NCBI GenBank assembly: GCA_001275005.1
Contig: JWZX01002710.1
Location: 1-36,478, forward strand
Length of the DNA: 36,478 nucleotides
Direction of reading: 5' to 3'
DNA from: Chrysochromulina tobinii
Taxonomy: Eukaryota
A model generated the notes under the pieces. It saw only the letters and a list, made by a program, of their open reading frames with translations. It had not been told where the DNA came from and searched no databases. This document shows, piece after piece, positions 29,738 through 36,478 of this stretch; the first letter of the stretch is position 1, and every line of letters begins with the position of its first letter. The translations under genes were made by a program, and so were the position numbers.

Positions 29738-30865
29738 ATGGCGCCGCTTTTCCTACAACTCGCAGCCAGCGGGCTCTTTACTCCTCCCACCATGCACGCT
29801 AGCTACGCTCAGGCCTTGTCATCGCCGGACATCATCATTCGCAGCCGCATCGGTCAAGGCGCTCAAGCAGACGTGTTTTTGGGCGAGAGTTTAGCCGGTG
29901 GAAAGCAGATTGTCATCAAATTGGGACTGAAGCGAGGCGCGATCGATCGCGAGGTGACGGCGCGATTCGAACTCGCACGCGGACGGCTAGTGGTTGCCTT
30001 TGTGGCCATGCTGACTTGATTCTCACCGCTCCAGGCTGCAGTGCTCACGGTGATGCGAGGTGCGACTGGCTTCCCCAAGCTACTGCATTACGGGCAGCCG
30101 TGTGAGCGCAACCCTGGCGGCGTGCTTGTCATGGAGCTGCTTGGACCGAGCCTCGATGATCTTTGCAGGCAGGCGCGCCCATATACGTACTTGAGCGGTC
30201 CAACGGTGCTTCGCGTAGGGAAGATGGCGCTCGCACGCCTGCATCGTCTGCATCTGGCGGGCTTCGTGCACAACGACGTCAAGCCGGCGAACTTGCTCTT
30301 GGGCGCACGCTCGACGCGCCAGGCGGCCACGCTGCATCTCATCGACTTTGGGCTCACGACCTTGGCCACAGACATGACGCTTGAGAGGCACGAATCTTTG
30401 ATAGGCACTCCGTCGTTTGCAAGCCTCGCCGGTCACCACCACCGGAGGCCCATGCGGCCGGTGGACGACCTCGAGTCGCTGATGTACACGCTCGCGTACC
30501 TCGCAGCCGGGAGCCTGCCTTGGCAGGGCCTGCCCGACTCTCAGGTGGCCTCGATGAAGCACCGGGTACTCGTCGAGGGCCCCTGGATACTCAGCGACGG
30601 GTACCTAAAGTGGACCTCGCCGAAGGTTGTCGCCGCGCTGCATGCACTTTGGGCGGAGGTGATGCGCTGCAGAGGTGATGGACGGGAGGAGGGGCGCGTG
30701 CCCGTGGAGAGCATCAATTACGACGCGTGCCTGGCCATCATGCGCGGCGGATCGGAGGAGATGGGCGAAGCGCCTTTCGACTGGGAGGACGGGGCGCATG
30801 GGGGCAAAGGGGCCAACCCAATCTTTGGCGAGCCGTCACAAGGCGACACAGTCTGGTCGCCGTGA
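29738..30865 (+). CDS. Casein kinase 1-like Ser/Thr kinase; exons 29738-29953 and 30035-30865
   Basis: IGQGAQADVF, VIK, REAAVL across the GTGACG...CTCCAG intron (29954-30034, GCTGAC branch), GFPKL, LVMELLGPSLDDL, HNDVKPANLLLG, LIDFGL, IGTPSFAS, DDLESLMYTL..L..G.LPWQG. Confidence 0.92.
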
Positions 30866-30896
30866 TGGGGGAGACGCCCAAAGGCGCAAAGAAGAG

Positions 30897-30913
30897 GAGA
30901 GAGAGAGAGAGAA
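30897..30913. repeat. (GA)n microsatellite
   Basis: GAGAGAGAGAGAGAGA run downstream of the CK1-like stop. Confidence 0.75.
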
Positions 30914-31543
30914 GAGGGGAGCTGCGGAAGGTGTGCGACACACGCGGCGAGAGGAGGAGAGACAATCCTTGGGCTCGTTGGGAGTCCAGCCAAGGGGCTG
31001 CCCTTGGTCCAGGAAGCGGAAGCCGGAATGCCGTAGTCGCACAGGCGGCTCGTTTGGAGGGAGATTCATGGCCGACTCGAATCGAACTTCGGAGTCAGTA
31101 CTTTGGCACGCATTCTGCGTAGCAGGCAGAGCGTTGTACCCTACGGTTGCGTAGTCACGCACCTCCATCACCCCGAACCGAAGTCGATTATATACTGCCG
31201 TGTCTCGTGTTGTGCTGGCAGTACTTAAGCTGTACGTACGAGGCAGACAGGTGACAGCTGTAGTGGTGTAGAGTCTAGAAATAGAGGTGTAGTATACTCG
31301 AACCGGTGCACGGACATATCACGTAAACCCCAATGCGCAATGCGACGACGGGGTATGTATTGCCTATTGCGCGACGATTTCGCGAGCGCTTCGACGGGAC
31401 CGGAGAGCGTGCATGCGGTCGGAGCGCCCGGACGGGAAAATGCGCGACCGATATGCGGCCGCCCTCCCGTCCCGCCTGAGGCCCCACCCCCAGCCGCGCG
31501 GCCCCCGCCGCTGCGTTGGCGGCTTTCCGTCCCGGTCCCATAC

Positions 31544-34500
31544 TTATTCGTAATCAGTCATCGACGCCACCTTGTCGTAGCCTCGTCGCCGGCTGAGCAG
31601 CGCTTGGACACGGCTGCCAATCTGGCCGCTGCGCAGCGCCACGCGCGGCGTATGCGGCGCCCGCGCCCGCAGAGCCGCGGACCCCTTCTGCGCGCCTGAG
31701 CACGCCGCCACGCAGTGCCACGTGGCAAGGAGCCAACGAGGCGGCCGGGCGAGGCCAAGGCGGTACGCGTCCGAGAGGCGCCCCTGCAAGCCGCGGAGCG
31801 CGGACGCGGTCTCCTGTAACCGTCGAAGCTCCTCCGACGCGTCCGCCGAGTCCGGCTCAGCGAAGAGTCGCGCGAGGGCGTCCGACGGGTCTGTCTCCGC
31901 GCTCCCCCGGCCGCCGCGCGCGCGCAGGCGCAGCTCGTTCGCCGCAGCGCCTCCTCCGGAGACGGCCGCGTCGGCGAGCAGCACATCCAGTTCCTCTTGG
32001 AGCGCCGCGCCGGTCTCGAGGAGAGAATGACGAAGCTCCGCGAGGGAGCTGAGCACCGCAATCTCCCACGCGAGCTCGCCTCCAAATGGCTCGGAGGACG
32101 TCGACGGTGCGCCGCCCCCCCCAGCTTCCAGCCCGCGCATCCCCGAGCTTCCCGGCCGCGGGGAGGATCCCTCGGCTTGCGTGAGGGCCGAGCTCAGCCT
32201 CCAAACCTCTGCCTGCAAGGCCTCCACCTCCTTTGCCAGCATCACCTGCCGTGCAGCGTCGGCGCCCCCGCCGGCGGCGCCTCCGCCTCCGCTTCCGCCT
32301 CCGCCTCCGCCGCTGCCGAGAGCCTTGCGAAGCTCGGCCTGCAGCTGCTTCACCTGCTTCGCATGCGACATCTTGAGCGCCGCAATCTCGTCCGCGAGCT
32401 CCGTGGCGATCTCGTCATCCTCGGCCAGGGGCGCGCCGCCCCGAGCGCCGCCAGCCGCTCCGACTCTCGCCCCGTCCGCCCCCTGTCGAAAGGCCGCAAG
32501 CTCCCGCTGAAGCGCCCCCGCCCGCGCCTCAGCGGCTGCGAGTGCATCCACCGCACGCTGCTCCTCCATCAGAAGCAGCCGCTGCTCCTCGCGCAGCTCG
32601 TCCCTCTCCGCCGTGGCCTGATCCAGCGAAGCCTGAAGGCGTCCCACGTCGCTCTCGCCCAGCTGACGACGAGCTCGCTCGAGCTCGTGCTGAGCTCGCG
32701 CGAGCTCAGATTGCCGAGCACTCAGCTCGGCCTGAGCTGAGGCCACGTCACCCTTGCACGCCGCGAGCTCAGCCTGGCACGCGGCAAGCTTCGCCGCCTG
32801 GCCCGCGGCCGCGTCCGCCAGCACGTCCGCCGCCGACTCACGCTCCGTGCGGTTGGCAGCGAGCTGCTCGTCGGCCACTCGCAGCTGGGCACGCGTCAAC
32901 TCGAGCTCTCGTTTGAGCTTCTCGACTTGCTCGCGCCCGACGACGCGCATCTTCTCAATGAGCTGCTCGGACGAGCTCAGCTTTGCCTCCCGCTCCCCAC
33001 GAGCCACCTCGCTCGCCGCGAGCTGCCCGCGACTCTCGACGAGCTCCGCACGCAAGCTCCCCAGCTCGCCGTTCGCTGTCTCCAGCTCGGCCTCCGCATT
33101 CTCACGTTGCCGTCGGCGTGCTTCGGCGGTAGCGATCGCCTCATCGAGCGCCCGCCGACAGTCCTCAAGCTCGGCGCTGCGCGCCTCCAGCTGCTCGCGG
33201 CACGCCGCTAGGTCCGCACGGGCGAAGCTCAGGGCTTGGGCCGCCTGGGTCGTGCGTGCCTCCTCGTCCTCGTCCGTCTCGTCTGCCTGAACTGGCACGA
33301 GAGCTGCCGCGCGCCCCTCGACCTCCAGGGCTCGCACAAGCGCCGCCGCGCTCTTTTCGTCCGCTGCCGCCGCGCGCCGCTCCGCCGCCGCCAGCGCCAA
33401 GGTCGCATGCTGGAGTTCGTCAACCGCCGCCTCGCTGCGATCTCGCGCCTCGCGCTGCGCAGCCTGCGCGGCGTGCTCCCAACGGCTCGCGCGCTCCTCT
33501 GCAAGCGCGCGTGCATGCTGCTCAGCGGCGAGGCGCTTCTCGAGTGCACTGGCACGCTCCGCGGCGGCCTTGTCCGCCGCCGCCTGCTCGGCCCCGCCCG
33601 AGGCGCGTAGCTGCGCGAGCTCATCTTGTAACTCCTCGGCGCGCCGGCGACTCTCTTCGCGCTCCCTCGCCATGCCGTCACGCTCCCTGCGAGCCTGCGC
33701 CGCCTCCGCCCGAGGATCCGTACCGGCACCAAGCGCTCCGTGAGCCGCCGCCTGCAGCTGGGCAGAGAGATCTGCCTTCTCGGCCTGTAGCGCCTTGAGC
33801 TGCGAGATCGCGCGCCCTTTGGTGGCCTCCCACTCGGTCGCTCGGCTCGCCATCTCCGCCTGCGCCGCCGCCAGCGCGCTGCTGCCCCGCCTCACCTCCG
33901 CCTCCAGCGCGGCCACGCGCGCCCTCGCTACCTCCAGATCGGCAGCGACGCTCCCGCTCTGCGGCTGCGGCTGCTGCGGCTGCTGCGGCTGCTGCGGCTG
34001 CTGCGGCGGCTGCGGCTGCTGCGGCTGCTGCATCGGCTGCGGCGCGAAGCCATCAAGAAGAGGGAAGGGCGAGCCTTGGGCCGACGAGCGGAGCGCCTCG
34101 AGCTGAGCCGTGAGGTCTGCCTTGTCGGCCTGCAATGCCTTCAGCTGCTGCAGCCCGCGCGCCATCGAGTTCTGCCACTCGGCCGCTTGGCCCGCGTGCT
34201 CGCGCTCGGCGCCCTCGAGCTGTGCACGCACCGTGCGCAGCTCCGTCGAGGCGGCCTCAGCTTGCGCCTGCCGCTCGCGCACCTCGGAGTGCGCCCGCTC
34301 GAGTGCTGCGCGCAGCTGCTGCACCTGGCTCTGCGCCTCGGTCGAAGGTGCCGACGAGGGCGCCAGCGGCGCGCCGAGCTCAAAGGCCATTAACCGCTCC
34401 TGCATCGCCTGCTTCTGCTTGAGCAGCTCCTTGAGCTGGCTGCGCGCGCCATTCTGCGTGGCCACGAGCGCTTTCTCGCTCTTGGCCACGCGCTCGCGCA

Positions 34501-34708
34501 GCGCCCTGATGGTGGCGTCGCGCCCTTGCAGCTCATCCATCAGAGCAAGGATCTTGCGATTCTTCTCCTTGATCGTGAACTCAATCTCGAGAGAACCATC
34601 CCGCAGCGTCTGCTGCAGCGCCTCCTGGACTTTCGCGCGCTGCTCGCTCGTCGCGTCGGAGAGCACGCCTAGCACGCGCTTCCAAGAGGGTGATTTTCCC
34701 GTGCTCAT
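31544..34708 (-). CDS. Long coiled-coil protein, unknown function
   Basis: About 1050-aa uninterrupted ORF rich in A/E/L/R/Q with heptad character. Internal duplication EWQNSMARGLQQLKALQADKADLTAQL / EWEATKGRAISQLKALQAEKADLSAQL and a QQP repeat. First ATG is at 34708. Confidence 0.8.
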   Translation of the reverse strand: MSTGKSPSWKRVLGVLSDATSEQRAKVQEALQQTLRDGSLEIEFTIKEKNRKILALMDELQGRDATIRALRERVAKSEKALVATQNGARSQLKELLKQKQAMQERLMAFELGAPLAPSSAPSTEAQSQVQQLRAALERAHSEVRERQAQAEAASTELRTVRAQLEGAEREHAGQAAEWQNSMARGLQQLKALQADKADLTAQLEALRSSAQGSPFPLLDGFAPQPMQQPQQPQPPQQPQQPQQPQQPQPQSGSVAADLEVARARVAALEAEVRRGSSALAAAQAEMASRATEWEATKGRAISQLKALQAEKADLSAQLQAAAHGALGAGTDPRAEAAQARRERDGMAREREESRRRAEELQDELAQLRASGGAEQAAADKAAAERASALEKRLAAEQHARALAEERASRWEHAAQAAQREARDRSEAAVDELQHATLALAAAERRAAAADEKSAAALVRALEVEGRAAALVPVQADETDEDEEARTTQAAQALSFARADLAACREQLEARSAELEDCRRALDEAIATAEARRRQRENAEAELETANGELGSLRAELVESRGQLAASEVARGEREAKLSSSEQLIEKMRVVGREQVEKLKRELELTRAQLRVADEQLAANRTERESAADVLADAAAGQAAKLAACQAELAACKGDVASAQAELSARQSELARAQHELERARRQLGESDVGRLQASLDQATAERDELREEQRLLLMEEQRAVDALAAAEARAGALQRELAAFRQGADGARVGAAGGARGGAPLAEDDEIATELADEIAALKMSHAKQVKQLQAELRKALGSGGGGGGSGGGGAAGGGADAARQVMLAKEVEALQAEVWRLSSALTQAEGSSPRPGSSGMRGLEAGGGGAPSTSSEPFGGELAWEIAVLSSLAELRHSLLETGAALQEELDVLLADAAVSGGGAAANELRLRARGGRGSAETDPSDALARLFAEPDSADASEELRRLQETASALRGLQGRLSDAYRLGLARPPRWLLATWHCVAACSGAQKGSAALRARAPHTPRVALRSGQIGSRVQALLSRRRGYDKVASMTDYE

Positions 34709-34911
34709 GCCCAGTTGCCTCCTGGAGGGCCCCACGCCCGCCCCAGCGTCCAGCGCCCGTCTTGTCCGGCGAGGACCCGCGGGGTGCTTCGTGTGAAGGC
34801 GCGACGTTTTGGGAGCTGTGAACGTTGATCTCTCCCCCCTCGAGGGAAATCACACAGATACACGTTCACATTCACACATACCGTACATGTAAACTCCGCA
34901 CAAATACCCTA

Positions 34912-36342
34912 ATGGACGCTCGAGTTCGGACGCCGCGACGGATGCAGGATGTCGATGTCGAGCTTCGCTCGCTCTTTTTCGCCGAGCCTCCTTGGGGAAC
35001 GATTTCATCGGTAGTCGTGGATGCGAAAGCTGAGACTTTGCTCATGGGCACACTGGACACCGACGATTCTCCCACCATGCCGCCCGCAGACGCAGAGACG
35101 GATGCGCTGCTGCAGGCTAATCTCGCCGGGAAGCTCAGCGTAGCAGATTGGCACGAGTGGGTCAGAGAGTATCCGACGGATCTGCAATTAGAGCTCCTTG
35201 ACAAAGCGAGCGTGGTGCTGCCGACAGACACAGCGCTACTGTTTGCGATCAGCAACTTGCGAAAGCAGCGATTTACTGAGCGCAACTCTGCCATCCCACA
35301 TGCCATGGGCTCTGCAGAAGATCTGGAGCTCCGCCGCGCCCGAAACCGATGGCATGAATCGCTGCGCACCCTTGAGGCATTGGAAGAGGGCAGGCGCTCG
35401 CCCTCTGTTCGCCAGAATTTGGGTTCCGTGTTGCAGATGAAGATGCGGTACGAAGAGGCTGGAGCGCACTTTGCCGCATCGTTGGAGTTACAGGGCTTGA
35501 CCATGGACGCTGGACCGCAGCGCAACTTGACGCAGGACGAACGCCGAGACGCGCGGCTTGCGCTCGCAGGGCTCGATTCGGTGCTGGCGCACCAAGAAAA
35601 GGCGCGGGACGCGGGGCACCGTCTAGGCGTGAGCCTGGGCTTCTGGTCCAGACTTGACCAGCGACCGCCAACATACAATCCGGGTCTCATCGCGTGCCCT
35701 TTCCACCGCGGTGCTGGGTACAAGAGGTTGATCGCGCCGCTTGAGCGTGCGGCGCCGGCGATGCGCAGGGAGATGATCGCCCTATTGCGACGCCGCGCCG
35801 CTGGAGAGCGCGAGGAAGCTGTTCAGTGGTACAGCGATAATGAGAACATCGCCGCACGCCCCGAACAGTGGCTTCGGCGGCACGTCGGCTGCCAACGCTC
35901 GCACACGGGCGCAACGCTCGACGCGCCGCAAACGTGCCAAGCCGTCGAGCGCGCGATGAAATGGTTCTTTGGCGCTGTCACTCCCGATGGGCAGGACACC
36001 GTCGTCGTGCCGCCGTTTCATCTTAAGGCGCAATTCTCGATCCTCGCACCTGGAGCGCACGTCACGCCCCATTGCGGACCCACCAACGAGCGTTTGGCCA
36101 TTTCTGTCGGTCTTGCGGGACTAGGCGACGCTGAGATTCGCGTCGGCAGCACGTGGCGGCGATGGAGGACTGGGAGGGCGACCGTGTTTGATGACTCCTT
36201 TGAGCACGAGGTGCGTAATCCAGGCGAGTACCCACGAGCCGTGATGATCATACACATCGTGCACCCACAGCTGATGGCGCGTGGGTCCAATGGGCATGCT
36301 CTCGCCGCCAATATGAACCACTACTGTGAAGGTTTGGGCTGA
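34912..36342 (+). CDS. TPR + aspartyl/asparaginyl beta-hydroxylase-type 2OG-Fe(II) oxygenase
   Basis: TPR-like PSVRQNLGSVLQMKMRYEEAGAHFAASLEL. Catalytic domain FSILAPGAHVTPHCGPTN.RL, W..G...VFDDSFEHEVRN....PRAVMII.I.HP. Start at ATG 34912 or 34942. Confidence 0.88.
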   Translation: MDARVRTPRRMQDVDVELRSLFFAEPPWGTISSVVVDAKAETLLMGTLDTDDSPTMPPADAETDALLQANLAGKLSVADWHEWVREYPTDLQLELLDKASVVLPTDTALLFAISNLRKQRFTERNSAIPHAMGSAEDLELRRARNRWHESLRTLEALEEGRRSPSVRQNLGSVLQMKMRYEEAGAHFAASLELQGLTMDAGPQRNLTQDERRDARLALAGLDSVLAHQEKARDAGHRLGVSLGFWSRLDQRPPTYNPGLIACPFHRGAGYKRLIAPLERAAPAMRREMIALLRRRAAGEREEAVQWYSDNENIAARPEQWLRRHVGCQRSHTGATLDAPQTCQAVERAMKWFFGAVTPDGQDTVVVPPFHLKAQFSILAPGAHVTPHCGPTNERLAISVGLAGLGDAEIRVGSTWRRWRTGRATVFDDSFEHEVRNPGEYPRAVMIIHIVHPQLMARGSNGHALAANMNHYCEGLG

Positions 36343-36478
36343 AAGGACTGGAACATCCATCAACGCAAGGCGCCCTCGAAAGGCGCCCAGTGATACGTCT
36401 CCACCCTCCCTACACTACACCCCTAGGACTCCCACCCTCGTTTTGGGTCACTCGAAACGGTACACCGGAACGGCGCGC

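Noticed and set aside
1..36478. Numerous long antisense or alternative-frame ORFs (e.g. 4584..5381, 12945..13778, 17435..18337, 26650..27606, 34872..35723)
   Set aside because: These are shadow ORFs expected in high-GC coding DNA. They overlap well-supported genes and have R/A/S/P-rich motif-less translations.

Overview
GC-rich, gene-dense eukaryotic DNA, most consistent with a microalga. A haptophyte-like origin is my inference from GC content, short GT-AG introns and signal-peptide-bearing DEAD/PPR proteins, and it is unverified. I find 17 protein-coding genes: a 5'-truncated Tudor/polyQ protein, a Cys-rich SHOCT protein, a Zn-finger+DUF3605-like protein, a DEAD-box helicase (frame break), an Aa_trans amino-acid transporter, a Cys-rich type I membrane protein, a spliced profilin-like gene only half-seen by the ORF track, a C2HC Zn-finger+SHOCT protein, a CobW/COG0523 GTPase, a 6-exon ERCC6L2/SWI2-like SNF2 ATPase, an anoctamin, RAD6/UBC2, a membrane RING protein (frame break), a PPR-like protein, a CK1-like kinase, a long coiled-coil protein and a TPR+AspH-type 2OG oxygenase. 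I found no rRNA, tRNA, CRISPR array or autonomous transposon. The most unusual signals are four. (1) Five clustered SNF2 introns are built from a shared 10/12-nt CTGAT(T/G)GCCT minisatellite, two of them with 7-9 nt direct repeats at both splice junctions. (2) An ~0.9 kb intergenic block is TpA-rich and CpA/TpG-poor (RIP-like). (3) A palindromic GTACATGTAC motif recurs upstream of gene starts. (4) An 88-bp insertion is flanked by a 13-bp direct repeat. All calls are by eye; no database searches were run.
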